A DNA stretch of 64,000 nt from Acidobacteriota bacterium (GCA_003223255.1 QHYJ01000144.1:21887-85886); one strand, 5' to 3'; counted from the stretch's first letter, positions 29,219 to 39,806 are shown. The notes: generated by a model from the letters alone, not told the origin. Made by a program: numbers and translations.

Positions 29219-29914
29219 ATGAAACGCGTATTCATCATCGAAGACGATCGTGACATTGTCGAACTGGTTCGCTATAACCTCGCCAACGAAGGTTTTCTGG
29301 TCACTGCGGCCCACGACGGCGTTATCGGCCTCGCCACACTGAAGAAAACTCCGCCGGACATCTTGCTCTTGGACCTCATGCTTCCCAAACTCTCCGGGCT
29401 GGAGATTTGCCGCGAAATTCGGCGCGACGAGTCGCTCAATCGTTTGCCCATCCTTATGCTCACGGCACGCGGCGAAGAAGCCGACCGCGTGGTCGGGCTG
29501 GAGATGGGCGCCGACGATTACGTGACCAAGCCTTTCAGCCCGCGCGAGCTTGTTGCACGCGTGAAGGCCTTGCTTCGTCGCACGGAGCTTCCCGCAGACG
29601 TGCCGCACGCCGTCGAGATTGGCAAGCTCACCATCGACCCCGCTTCCTACCGCGTGTCCCATGCCGGCAAGCCCGTCGTTCTCAGCACGCTGGAGTTTCG
29701 CCTCCTCTATTACCTGGCTTCGCGTCCCAACCGCGTTTTCACGCGCGATCAGTTGCTGGATGCGGTCTGGGGCACCGATCGTTTTGTCACGCCGCGCAGC
29801 GTGGACGTCTACGTGCGCAGGCTCCGCGAGAAAATCGAATCCGATCCTGAAAACCCGACGCACTTGAAAACCGTACGCGGTGCCGGGTATCTTTTCGAGA
29901 CACGTGCGGCTTAA
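29219..29914 (+). CDS. phoB: OmpR/PhoB-family response regulator
   Basis: ATG 29219 gives [17 protein letters not shown]...[14 protein letters not shown]...[23 protein letters not shown] plus a winged-helix C-terminus. It lies upstream of a PhoR-like kinase and phoU. Confidence 0.85.
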   Translation: MKRVFIIEDDRDIVELVRYNLANEGFLVTAAHDGVIGLATLKKTPPDILLLDLMLPKLSGLEICREIRRDESLNRLPILMLTARGEEADRVVGLEMGADDYVTKPFSPRELVARVKALLRRTELPADVPHAVEIGKLTIDPASYRVSHAGKPVVLSTLEFRLLYYLASRPNRVFTRDQLLDAVWGTDRFVTPRSVDVYVRRLREKIESDPENPTHLKTVRGAGYLFETRAA

Positions 29915-31709
29915 CCTTTTCTGGAAACTCGGCTTCGCCTTTTTCGCGCTGCTGATCGCAGTGTTGCTGCCCGTCGATTACTACGCCGAGCGCAATTTGC
30001 GGCGGGACTATGAGCGCGCCGGCTTCGATCAACTCTCCGCCATCGCGCGCATCGCACTGGCCAGCCCGCCTCCCGTTTCTTCCCTCTCCACGAATTCTCG
30101 AACCCCTTCTCCGGCCCTTCGCGAATGGGTCGCCAGAATGGCTGCGAGCGACGTCCGCGTTACCGTAATTACCGCCGATGGACTCGTGCTGGCGGATTCT
30201 CAGTCCGATCCGCAAACCATGGAGAACCATGCCGGACGGCCGGAAATTCGCGAGGCTTTGGCAAAGGGTGACGGCCTCTCCATTCGGCACAGCGTGACCA
30301 TCAACCGCGACCTGCTGTACTATGCCACGCGTTTCTCGATCCCCGCCGGGCCTCCCGTGATTTTGCGTTTTGCCATTCCTCTGCGCACCGTGGATGACGA
30401 AGTGTGGGGATTCCGCCGGAGGCTTTGGCTTTCTTCCCTCGCCATGCTCCTGGTTACGGGAATGGCCTCGCTTCTGATCTCGCGCTCTTTCTCGCGCCGC
30501 GTGGAGCGCCTGCAATCGTTTTCGCGCCGCGTGGCCGAAGGCGATTTTCGGCCTATTGAGGCGGACCGCTCCGGCGATGTCCTGGAAGTTCTGGCCGCCT
30601 CCTTGAACGACTCGGCGGCTCGTCTTGATCGCGCCATTCGCACGGTCACCGAGGAGCGCGACCTTTCCGCCGCCATCCTCGGCAGCATGGTGGAAGGTGT
30701 CGCTGTCGTTAACTCCGCGGAGCGCCTGCTCTTTGCCAACGCGGGCTTCGCAGAAATCCTGGAACTCGGCGCCCCGCCGCAATCCGGAAGTTCCCTTGTC
30801 GAGGTCGTGCGCCAAACGCAACTTCTCGAAGCCGTGCGCGCGGTCCTGAAGGGCACGCCCCGCGTCCAAGCCGAAATCGTGACCGGCACGCTTCGCCAGC
30901 GTTTCTTCGCCGTGACGGTAGCTTCCGTTAAGGCCACCGAAAATTCCGGCGCAGTCGTGGTCTTGCACGACATCACCGATCTGCGCAAGCTCGAACGCAT
31001 CCGGCGCGATTTCGTCGCCAACGTTTCCCACGAATTCAAGACGCCGCTGACCGCGATACAGGGCTTTGCGGAAACCTTACTCGCTGGCGCGAGGGACGAT
31101 CCGCAAAATCGCACGCGTTTCCTGCAGATCATTCTCGACCATTCGCGGCGTCTCGCCCGCCTCACCGACGACCTCCTCGAGCTTTCCAAGATGGATGCCG
31201 ATCGTCTGGATTTGGAGATGGACCGGCTCAGTGTCTCTCAATTTGTGCAAAGCTGCCTCGAGACTGCTCAGCGATCCGCCGCCGAGAAACATCTGCGCCT
31301 TTCCCCCAAATTACAGGAGTCTCTTCCCGATATTGCGGCCGATCGCCGGCGTCTCGCCGAGGTCCTGCAAAACTTGCTGGACAACGCCATCCAATACACC
31401 CCCTCCGGAGGCAAGATTGACGTTTCTGCTTCCTCGGACGGTGACGAAGTTACCTTCACCGTTTCCGACACCGGAATCGGAATTCCGCTTGCGGATCAAT
31501 CCCGCATTTTTGAACGCTTCTACCGTGTCGATGTCGCGCGCTCCCGCGAGGTCGGTGGTACCGGCCTCGGTCTCTCCATTGCCAAGCATCTCGTTGAAGC
31601 TCACGGCGGCCGCATCTGGGTCGAGAGCGAAATCGGGCAGGGTTCGCAGTTTCATTTCACAGTCCCGGTATTCCAGCCGCAGCACGCCGCGACCCGGGCC
31701 GTCCGTTAG
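29880..31709 (+). CDS. phoR: PhoR-like sensor histidine kinase (TM, HAMP, PAS, HisKA, HATPase)
   Basis: H-box [20 protein letters not shown]-box [12 protein letters not shown], and G-boxes DTGIGIP and GGTGLGLSI. The start overlaps the phoB end; GTG 29880 or GTG 29904. Confidence 0.8.
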   Translation: MPGIFSRHVRLNLFWKLGFAFFALLIAVLLPVDYYAERNLRRDYERAGFDQLSAIARIALASPPPVSSLSTNSRTPSPALREWVARMAASDVRVTVITADGLVLADSQSDPQTMENHAGRPEIREALAKGDGLSIRHSVTINRDLLYYATRFSIPAGPPVILRFAIPLRTVDDEVWGFRRRLWLSSLAMLLVTGMASLLISRSFSRRVERLQSFSRRVAEGDFRPIEADRSGDVLEVLAASLNDSAARLDRAIRTVTEERDLSAAILGSMVEGVAVVNSAERLLFANAGFAEILELGAPPQSGSSLVEVVRQTQLLEAVRAVLKGTPRVQAEIVTGTLRQRFFAVTVASVKATENSGAVVVLHDITDLRKLERIRRDFVANVSHEFKTPLTAIQGFAETLLAGARDDPQNRTRFLQIILDHSRRLARLTDDLLELSKMDADRLDLEMDRLSVSQFVQSCLETAQRSAAEKHLRLSPKLQESLPDIAADRRRLAEVLQNLLDNAIQYTPSGGKIDVSASSDGDEVTFTVSDTGIGIPLADQSRIFERFYRVDVARSREVGGTGLGLSIAKHLVEAHGGRIWVESEIGQGSQFHFTVPVFQPQHAATRAVR

Positions 31710-31858
31710 TTGCCTCTCACCCGCGGGAAAGTAGAACGCCCGCCACTTCCGCTTTTGCGGCCTTTTCACAATGGACTTACCAAACTGTAATAATGATCCG
31801 GTCAAAATACTGCTTGAGATTGGGAGTGTAGAAACGGCAGTCCTTTCAAAGGAGAGCG

Positions 31859-32635
31859 ATGGCCACCAGCGCACGACTCACCGAATCCCTCATGGTCGAC
31901 ACGCTCATGAACTATCTCGTCTCTATGGCGCGCACGGTCGAGAGCGCCATGAACCGCGCACTCGACGCCATTGTCAGCCTCGACCATCCCCGCACCGCCG
32001 CTCTCCCCGGGGAGGTGTTTCTCCTCGAGCCGCGCATCAACGAAATGGAAATCGTCATCGACGAGCAGGCCATCCGATTGCTTCGTCTGGGCTCGCTCCC
32101 GGAAGAGGAATTGCGCCTGATTGTCGCCGCTTTAAAGCTGAACAACGACCTGGAGCGCATCGGCGACCTGGCCGTAAACCTGGCCGAAGGAGTCGTTTCC
32201 CTTCGGCAAATGCCCGACGCGCAAATTCCGGAGGAACTTGCCCCGATGGCTTCTGCGGTACGCACGATGGTCAGCCAGAGCCTCGGCGCGCTCATTTCCC
32301 GCAGCGTTGAGATGGCCACCACCGTTCTGGAAAGCGACGACGTCGTCGACAGATACCGCGACCGCATCTTTGAACGCCAGCTTAAGCGTATGACGGGCGA
32401 GCCGCAAGTGGTCGCCCCGTGCTTCCAGTTTGTCCTGGCCACACGTCACCTCGAACGCATCGCCGATCACGCCACCAACATCGCCGAAGTCACCATTTTC
32501 TGGGTTCGGGGCCTCGATGTTCGTCACGGCCGCGGTCTGGGCGGTCTTCGAGAGTCGAACGTCACGAAGAATTCACCAGGCCTTGATTCGGACGTGACCC
32601 CGGGCGGCCATACTGACCACCTGATCTTCACGTAA
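31859..32635 (+). CDS. phoU: phosphate signalling complex protein PhoU
   Basis: Two PhoU repeats (LNNDLERIGDLAVNLAE and ATRHLERIADHATNIAE). AGGAG SD upstream. Confidence 0.9.
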   Translation: MATSARLTESLMVDTLMNYLVSMARTVESAMNRALDAIVSLDHPRTAALPGEVFLLEPRINEMEIVIDEQAIRLLRLGSLPEEELRLIVAALKLNNDLERIGDLAVNLAEGVVSLRQMPDAQIPEELAPMASAVRTMVSQSLGALISRSVEMATTVLESDDVVDRYRDRIFERQLKRMTGEPQVVAPCFQFVLATRHLERIADHATNIAEVTIFWVRGLDVRHGRGLGGLRESNVTKNSPGLDSDVTPGGHTDHLIFT

Positions 32636-32900
32636 CCTCCTACCTCGGGGACCGGGTGCACCCCTGGCTCCGGTCCCCTTCTCCCCCCGCTACGGGGCGG
32701 AAACGGCGCTTTGGCAACCTCTTGACCCCGCCTGGCAGTCCTACTATCGTTCTAACAGAGTTCAGGATGAACAGTTCTTCTTATCGTTCCGGTCGAACTG
32801 TGGCTTTAAGAGGGTGCCAGTGCGTCTGTCTTGTCATGACAACGCTTCTGCTCTGCAACCCGTTTTGCGCAACGCCGCGATCGGGGCATAGCTTGGAAGT

Positions 32901-34060
32901 TTGCCATCCGGCGAGCCACCGAGCGACTATGGGAGCCTCCGAACTGCAGCACTTTTCTCCAACCGACGGGTGGGACTATCACCGAGCGGTGAACTGTGCG
33001 GAAGAGCGCATTGTTTTGCGTCTGCCCGGTCTCACAGCTCAGTTTCTCCTCGTTTTGCCTTCCGTCCCGCTTGTCTCACAGCCGATTTTCGGTCCCGGCC
33101 TGTGGTTCAGGCCGCCGCCCGCTTCCTGATTGTTCATTCTGTTGACCTAGGTTGTTTAACGAAGGCGCAGGCTCCAGCTAGCCCGGCGAACTCTCAAGCC
33201 CTGGCGCAGGCTTCGACAACCGGCACGCCTCTCACCCTGGCGCAAGCCGAAGCCATGGCCCTCAAGAACAACCCTCAAACCACCGTCGGAAGATTGCGTG
33301 TGCTTGTTGGGCAGCAATACGTCCGCGAATTTCGCTCCGCTCTCTTGCCCAATGCCAATTTGAGCCTCACTGCAGTAGATGCCAATCCGGGGAGCCGCCT
33401 CACCGCGGGTTTTCTGAACAATCCCATTCTTTTTCCGCGCGCGGCCGGGGGAGCCAGCGTCAGCCAGCCCGTCACCGATTTCGGCCGAACGACCAACCTG
33501 CTTTCCAGTTCCGAATTCAGCGCCAAAGCAGAAGATCAGAATGCTGCCGCTACGCGCGCGGACATTCTGTTGGCCGTCGACCAGGCTTTCTACAACTCGC
33601 TCGACACGCAGGCCCTGGTCCACGTCGCCGAAGAAACCGTACAAGCCCAGCAAACTCTCGTGGACAGAGTGCAGGCTCTCACTGACGCGAAACTCAAGTC
33701 CGAGCTCGACCTGAGCTTTGCCAAAGTCGAACTGGCCCGCGCCAAGGCCGCTGACCTCGAAACCGAAGTGAATCGCCAGAAGTTGCTCGATCTCCAAAAC
33801 ACCATTTCTCGCGACGTGCGTATCTCCTGGCAAGACACCAACCGCGCCTACGAGCGTCTCTCTGTCACCAAGCAGCTTCGCGAGCAGGCCGACCTCGCTC
33901 TCGACCTCGCGCCCGCTACAACCTCGGTCTTTGCTCGATTGTCGAATTCACTGAGGCCGAACTCCAGAAAACCGAGGCCGACATCGCCGATACCGACGCC
34001 ACCTACCAATATCGCTTGACCCAGACGGTCCTCGCCTTTACCATTGCCGCGCCGAAATAG
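32901..34060 (+). pseudogene. TolC-family outer-membrane efflux protein, frameshifted and probably internally deleted
   Basis: LTLAQAEAMALKNNPQ...SELDLSFAKVELARAK is the first TolC repeat. It jumps directly to ...LLDLQNTISRDVRISWQDTNRAYERLSV...ADLALDLA and then, after a shift at ~33909 in a GCGC run, ARYNLGLCSIVEFTEAELQKTEADIADTDATYQYRLTQTVLAFTI* (stop at 34058-34060). Total length is well below family norm, and no clean signal peptide is present. Confidence 0.6.
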
Positions 34061-34278
34061 CCCTTACATACCGGCGGAACGGAAAGGAAGTTCGTCTTAG
34101 GGAGTTTGCGAATGGCTCGGCTCTTCGTACAACCGACGCACGGCCGAAACTTTTCCTGGACTGCATGGCTTCCGCTTGTTTTGGCCTCCCGCCTGTTGTG
34201 GATCCGTTGACAAATACGCTACCTTTGCAACCTCTTGTGCGTCCATGGCTTGCTGTACCCCTGTTTGTTGCGGGATAT

Positions 34279-34303
34279 TTACAATTAGTTGACGCAATTG
34301 TAA
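34279..34303. promoter_or_regulatory. inverted repeat TTACAATT-N9-AATTGTAA upstream of the porin gene (candidate operator)
   Basis: Perfect 8-bp arms at 34279-34286 and 34296-34303 flank a TTGACG hexamer, ~85 nt upstream of ATG 34386. Confidence 0.3.
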
Positions 34304-34385
34304 GACGCGCTCTTTACCATTTTGCCGCGCGGTGGCACGCCCATATTTCGTTCGCACTTCGACTTTTGTTCCAAAGAGAGAGGAA

Positions 34386-36337
34386 ATGAAAAACTTAGTT
34401 GCACTGACACTGCTCCTGCCAAGCCCAGAGCAGCCAAAAAGGCAGAGAAATCCGATTCAGCGCTTGCCGCGGAGATCGAAGAGCTCCGGCAGGCTATTCA
34501 GTCCCAGCAAGAACAACTTCAATTGCTGAAGCAGGAGCTCGCCAAGCGGGACCTCCAGATCGATGAAGCGCGCGAGGCCGCTGCCGCCGCCAACGCCCGC
34601 GCGGCCGAAGCCAGCACCAAAGCTGTTGAAGCGGTCGATTCCTCCGCGGAGGTCAAAACCACAGCTGCAACGTTGAACACCACGGTCAGCGATCTGAAGG
34701 CCAGCAACGAGGTCCTCAAGACTACCATTGCGAACAACGAAGCGCAGGCGGAAAAGGCTGGCGAAGAAGGGCCCAATACGATTCGTTACAAGGGTGTGAA
34801 CATTACTCCGGGTGGTTTTGTGGAAGCGGCAACCGTCTTCCGCAATCGGGCCACCAGTGCCGACGTCAATACGCCTTTCAACAGTATCCCGTACCCCGGA
34901 AACTCCCTTGCCAAGGTCAGCGAGTTTAACTTCACCGCTCGCCAGAGCCGGTTAACCCTGCTGGCGGAATCCAAGGTCGGCGCCGCGAAGCTGACCGGCT
35001 ACTTCGAGACCGACTTCCTCGGTGCCGGCACCACATCAAACAACCGCCAAAGCAACAGCTACGTCTTCCGCCAGCGCCAGATCTGGGGACAGTTGGCTAC
35101 CGACAGCGGATGGAGCGTTACCGGCGGCCAGATGTGGAGCCTAGCCACGGAAAATCGCAAAGGGATCCAGAACCGCGGAGAAGCTTTGCCCATGATGGTC
35201 GACCCGCAATACGTGGTCGGTTTCACCTGGCAGCGCGCCTATGCATTCCGCGTCGTAAAAGACTTCGGCGGAAAGTTCGCCGTGGGCGTTTCCGTCGAGG
35301 GTCCGCAAGCCACCGTCGGTGGCCGCGGCTTCACTTCGTACCAGAATACTTCCGCAAACGGAACCGTTACCGCGTCGCAGAACTTCTTCATCAATGCGCC
35401 AGGCGCCGGCGGCGGTCTCTACAACGCGTTCGACTCTACGGGCTACAGTGTTAACAAGGCTCCCGACTTCATCTTCAAGGCCGCCATCGATCCTGGCTTT
35501 GGCCACTACGAGGTCTTTGGTGTCGTCAGCACCTTCCGCAATCGCATCTTTCCCTGTGCGGTTGTCAGCCCGAACGCGGGCGCCAATGTTGTGTATACGG
35601 CTGGAACCCAGGTGACTTGCTCGGGCCAGACCCCCGGGACCGCAACAATTACCACTCCCAGCGGCGTTGGGGCTTTCAACGACACTCGAACTGGCGGCGG
35701 TTTCGGCGCCAGCGCTCACTGGGCCTTGTTCAACAAGAAGGTCGATTTTGGCGTAAAGGGGGTTGGCGGAGACGGCATCGGCCGCTTCGGCTCTTCGCAG
35801 CTTCCCGACCTCACTTTCCGGCCCGACGGTACGCAGGCTTTGATCCGCACGGGCCATGGGCTGGGCATCCTTGAATTTCACCCCGATCCCAAACTGGACG
35901 TCTATCTCTACTACGGCGGCGAGTACGCTTGGCGAGCCGGTTATGCGGGCTATACAACGGTCCGCATTACCAATTCACCTGCTATCCCCGCTCAGGGTGG
36001 CAACCCTGCTTACGCCGGCGTGGCTAGCGTAGCTGTGACCAGCACCATTGGCGGATACGGCCATGTCTCAGCGAATAACAGTGGATGCTCCACGGAAACC
36101 GCGCCAACAGGCTCCTTCACCCCCGGCGGCGGCGGAACCTGCGCTGGAGACACTCGCTTCATCCAGGAAGGCACCCTCGGCTTCTGGCATAAGTTCTACC
36201 AGGGCCCCAAAGGCGGCATGCGCTGGGGCCTCGCGTACTCCTACATCACCAGGACTGCATGGTCTGGGGCAGCCAGCAACACTCCGAAGGCTGTCGACAA
36301 CATGGTCTGGACCTCTTTCCGCTATTACCTGCCGTAG
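34386..36337 (+). CDS. outer-membrane beta-barrel porin-like protein with N-terminal coiled coil; 5' end frameshifted
   Basis: The long ORF (34322-36337) has a coiled-coil segment (AAEIEELRQAIQSQQEQLQLLKQELAKRDLQIDEAREAAAAANARAAEA) followed by alternating beta-strand sequence rich in aromatic/Gly residues, ending FRYYLP. A good SD+ATG at 34386 encodes a signal-peptide-like MKNLVALTLLL in another frame, so there is probably a shift or deletion near 34420. Confidence 0.6.
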
Positions 36338-36383
36338 TCCAGGCCAGGCCATCGCGGCCGTCCCTCCCCTGGGGACGGGAGAA

Positions 36384-36419
36384 GGGCAGCTCCTCACCGA
36401 GCTGCCCTTTTTGTTTTTA
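36384..36419 (+). terminator. Rho-independent terminator of the porin gene
   Basis: GGGCAGCTC-ctcacc-GAGCTGCCC (perfect 9-bp stem) followed by TTTTTGTTTTT. Confidence 0.85.
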
Positions 36420-36446
36420 CCGCCTTTATAAGCGTCGGCACCGTCT

Positions 36447-37433
36447 TCACGTTCTCGCGAGCTGCAGTGCAGCCTTGCTGGCGCAAACGCATTCCAGGGA
36501 CCCCTGCCAAATCATCAAGAACAGAAGACAGGGAGAAGACAGGGAAACTTGCTCTAAGGAAGCCGCGGTCGTCTCATCGAAGGTATCAAGCGGATGGAGA
36601 TGGAACGTGCCGTTCTTGCGGCCAACCACCTCAAACTGCGCGGCATTTTCCCCGTCGCCGCCGGAACTCAATCGCCGTACGGGATTTCCTCCCTCAAGCT
36701 CGGCAATGTCCGGAGCGAGGTTGCGCGCTTCCAAAGAAATCTTTTCCGCCGTACCGCGCACACTCACGGTTAGCGGGCGATGCTCGCCGCGCTTCAGCGG
36801 CGAGGAGTCCGCTCTTAGCTCCAGATCGACGAACGTGACAGAAAACTCCGGCGCATCGCGTTTCGCGCAGGCGACGCTAACCTTCACCGGGCCAGGCTCC
36901 AGCTCCATCGGGGGAAGAACTGTCAGTGCAGCGGGTGAAGAGGCTAGCACCAGCGCGCCGTGGTCCGCGATGGTCACGTGGTTGGCGTCGGCGTCGCCGC
37001 AAAATCCTTTTCCAAGAATTTCAAAGCGGTCCGCCAACGAAGCTACGCGCGGAGCCGAGGAAATTTGCATCGCGGCTGCCGACGCTTCCGCGGGCGTGAG
37101 AATCACCGTCGACACGCGCCCTGGACGCCCCTCAATCGAGCCATAAATGAGGCCGGGATTCAGCGGGGCCACAAAAAGCGCGCGGCCTGTGGAGTCCGTC
37201 TTGAGGTGATCGCCGTTCGAAAAATTGATTGTGACTCCGGGCGTGAGACGTCCGTTCACGTCCAGCACGGCGAGCATGGCGCGCTCGCCAGAAACGATGC
37301 GCCGCGGCAGAAGCAGGATACGGGCTGCGGCAGGAGAAGGAGGCGTGAGAGGCGCTTGCTGTGCCGCTAATGCAACAACGAAGCTGCCGGCGGCCAGGCA
37401 AGCGGCAAAGAAAAATGGACTGCGGACAGCCAT
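36447..37433 (-). CDS. secreted hypothetical protein (Ig-like/IPT-like repeats suspected)
   Basis: 328 aa. Signal peptide MAVRSPFFFAACLAAGSFVVALAAQQ, then beta-rich repeats (GRLTPGVTINFSNGDHLKTDSTGRALF; PGPVKVSVACAKRDAPEFSVTFVD). The last ~45 residues look atypical. Confidence 0.6.
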   Translation of the reverse strand: MAVRSPFFFAACLAAGSFVVALAAQQAPLTPPSPAAARILLLPRRIVSGERAMLAVLDVNGRLTPGVTINFSNGDHLKTDSTGRALFVAPLNPGLIYGSIEGRPGRVSTVILTPAEASAAAMQISSAPRVASLADRFEILGKGFCGDADANHVTIADHGALVLASSPAALTVLPPMELEPGPVKVSVACAKRDAPEFSVTFVDLELRADSSPLKRGEHRPLTVSVRGTAEKISLEARNLAPDIAELEGGNPVRRLSSGGDGENAAQFEVVGRKNGTFHLHPLDTFDETTAASLEQVSLSSPCLLFLMIWQGSLECVCASKAALQLART

Positions 37434-37641
37434 GCGTGAATTGTAGTGGAGAAGTTCGTGGCGGGGAAAGGCGTATGCAACCGGAAGACGTGCTTCTTCG
37501 TGACTTCATTTTGGCGTAAACGGACACCGCGGCGTCACGCGGCGCGACTTGCTTTTGGCGCGAAGCGTTTGTCCGCAAAGAGGCAAATTCGCTCCCGGGT
37601 CGTGCCGTCCCTGTTTGATGTGATTCATTTTTCGGCCCATT

Positions 37642-38424
37642 TTATTTTTCCGCTTCGACCGGCTCTTGTTCCGGCGAATATATCAGCACGGTTCTTCCCA
37701 TGACGCGTGCGGAAAGCCGCCGCAAGCGGTAGCGGAACGGACGCGGCTCCGAACCATGGGAGCAACCCTCGAGCCGGTAAAACGTGTCTTGGTACTTCAC
37801 GGTTCGCGACGGCGTCCAATCGGGCTTTGCGCGGCAGGCGCGAATTTCCAAGAATTCCTCCGCGCCTTCTTTGCGAACGCACAGCTCGTCGGGAAGGCTG
37901 AGGGCCTTCGTGACGCGAACTTTTTCGCGGATCGCTCCGACGTACGAGGACAAATTCGTTTCCGTGTAGCCGCCCTCCTGCGCGGCGCTCGGACTGCTCT
38001 GCCCGGCGATCTTCAGAAAAATCTTATCCAGCACGAACAGCGGGAGAATCCCAAGATCGCTTTCGGTAAATGCCGCGCCAACGAGCCGTACGCTGCCTTC
38101 CACTGCAAAGTACAAGATCAGCCAAGTAAGCGGATGCGTGGCAAAGATGAACATGGCCATGAAACCAACTTCTTGATCGCTGACGCCGGGGCCTGCTTTG
38201 CCGGCGAGGGCTGCGTCCAATCCTCGAGAAACCCAAGTGGTCACGGAGTACGAATACCAGTACAGCATGGCGATGATCGCAAGCCCGAACTCGCCGAACC
38301 CACTCAGGATGCAGGGGAGGCGCCATTTCATGGATTTGAGAAATGGCAGCGAGCGGCGCCACCGCTTAGGGAGCACCGCGAGGAATGGCCCGAAGAGAAA
38401 AGTGAACATCGCCGAGGACCGCAA
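37642..38424 (-). CDS. hypothetical membrane protein with C-terminal soluble domain
   Basis: 260 aa with about four hydrophobic segments (FTFLFGPFLAVL, FGEFGLAIIAMLYWY, FMAMFIFATHPLTWLILYFAV, ILPLFVL), followed by a charged C-terminal domain. Confidence 0.65.
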   Translation of the reverse strand: MRSSAMFTFLFGPFLAVLPKRWRRSLPFLKSMKWRLPCILSGFGEFGLAIIAMLYWYSYSVTTWVSRGLDAALAGKAGPGVSDQEVGFMAMFIFATHPLTWLILYFAVEGSVRLVGAAFTESDLGILPLFVLDKIFLKIAGQSSPSAAQEGGYTETNLSSYVGAIREKVRVTKALSLPDELCVRKEGAEEFLEIRACRAKPDWTPSRTVKYQDTFYRLEGCSHGSEPRPFRYRLRRLSARVMGRTVLIYSPEQEPVEAEK

Positions 38425-38853
38425 AGCATACTAGAAGGTTGGCAGGAACGGCGTTTCCTTCGGGCTTCTTTGTTCCGGTTTTTGCGTTTTCAGATAGGGG
38501 CCCCACCCCCCTGTTTTTTGTAAGTGTTGCATCTAAAGAACTTAGCGCTTCCATAGGTCCTTAGAATGCGCAGTCCCGAAGGCGCGTTGCGTTGTGCACC
38601 GACGGCGAGGTCACCGTCACCGCTAGCGCCGTTCTGTGGGCGGGGTATGTCATCGCGGAATCTGAGCGCGAGTAACAAGAGGGGTGCCGCTGGTCCTCTA
38701 GAGTGTCGCCAACTGGCCGATAAAGATAATCGACCGGCGTGTGGCTTAAATGCGAGTAATTAGTAGGGTTCAAAGCCGATTCGCGGGGCTTGGGGTGTGC
38801 TAGCGTGGGAACAGGCCCAGTCTTGCGAGTACAGGCAGAGGTGTGAAAAAACC

Positions 38854-38895
38854 AGTGGCTAGTGGTTAGTGACTAGTGGCTAGGGACCAGCGGCG
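38854..38895. repeat. six tandem heptads AGTGGCT AGTGGTT AGTGACT AGTGGCT AGGGACC AGCGGCG
   Basis: Read directly from the sequence. It lies ~70 nt upstream of the PP2C GTG start. Confidence 0.6.
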
Positions 38896-38963
38896 GGAAG
38901 AAAAAGAGGAAAGGTCAGCCGGTTCGATTCCTCAGCAAACTGGTACAGCGCAACGGAGCAAGT

Positions 38964-39806
38964 GTGCAAATTGCGTGTGGCGGCGTGACCGACGTTGGTC
39001 GCGTGCGAACGAACAACGAAGATTGCTTCCGCATCATCACCCCGCTGAACCTCTACGTGCTGGCCGATGGAATGGGAGGGGAGGCGCACGGCGAAATCGC
39101 CAGCGCTTTGGCGGTGGAAACGGTGGTGAAACATTGTCTCGACGAGGAAGCGAATCCAGCGGCCAAAGTCTTGGGAAAAGTGGAGCCGGGTTGGAGTGCC
39201 AAGACCAAGCGGCTTTCAACGGCGCTGCACTTGGCCAACAAGAAAATTTGCAAATCCGCGGAAGAGCATCCGGAGCAGCGCGGCATGGGCGCGACATTGA
39301 CGGCCGCGTGGATTGACCGGTCGAACCTGAGCATCGCGCACGTGGGCGACAGCCGGGCGTATTTGCTGCGCGGCGGCACGCTGCTGCAGTTGACACGCGA
39401 CCATTCGCTGGTTGCAGAACAAGTGCGCCGGGGGATGCTGACGGTGGTGGAAGCGGAAGAGAGCGAAATGCAAAGCGTGTTGTTGCGCGCGCTGGGAGCG
39501 CAGCCTGAGATCGAAGTGGACGCCGAGGAGCACATCCTGTTTCCACGGGACGTCTTGATGCTGTGTTCGGACGGATTGACGCGCGTGGTGACCGAGCCGG
39601 AAATTGCCGGCGTGCTGCAGGCAGAAACCGATCCGCTACGAGGCGGGGAAGAATTGGTGTCCCTGGCCAATGAACGCGGCGGCCCGGACAACATCACGGT
39701 GGTGATTGCGCGGATGCTGAAAGATTCCAAGGGATGGTTTTCGTGGTTGTGGCGCCGTGGGGCGCGGAAGAATCTAGGCAACAACGGCAGTGCCGGAGGA
39801 AAGTAA
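38964..39806 (+). CDS. PP2C-family Ser/Thr protein phosphatase
   Basis: GVTDVGRVRTNNEDCF, LADGMGGEAHGEIAS, HVGDSRAYLLR, SDGL, and GGPDNITVVI. GTG start with a GGAG upstream. Confidence 0.9.
   Translation: MQIACGGVTDVGRVRTNNEDCFRIITPLNLYVLADGMGGEAHGEIASALAVETVVKHCLDEEANPAAKVLGKVEPGWSAKTKRLSTALHLANKKICKSAEEHPEQRGMGATLTAAWIDRSNLSIAHVGDSRAYLLRGGTLLQLTRDHSLVAEQVRRGMLTVVEAEESEMQSVLLRALGAQPEIEVDAEEHILFPRDVLMLCSDGLTRVVTEPEIAGVLQAETDPLRGGEELVSLANERGGPDNITVVIARMLKDSKGWFSWLWRRGARKNLGNNGSAGGK

Noticed and set aside
31790-31830. CTGTAATAATGATCCGGTCAAAATACTGC upstream of phoU, considered as a Pho box.
   Set aside because: It matches the CTGTCAT-N4-CTGTCAT direct-repeat consensus only loosely. I would not call it without comparative data.
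38566-38763. Possible tmRNA tag frame (GCC GAT AAA GAT AAT CGA CCG GCG TGT GGC TTA AAT GCG AGT AAT TAG TAG) and an RNase-P-like ACAGAAC on the minus strand at 38631-38637.
   Set aside because: The peptide does not end in the usual hydrophobic ..LAA-type tail, and there is no tRNA-like domain. The RNase P CR-I element (GAGGAAAGTCCGG) and other conserved regions are absent on both strands.
38921-38931. GGTTCGATTCC, a tRNA/tmRNA T-loop-like string.
   Set aside because: The flanking bases (GCCGG ... CCTCA) cannot form the 5-bp T-stem. No acceptor stem, anticodon arm or CCA context is present.
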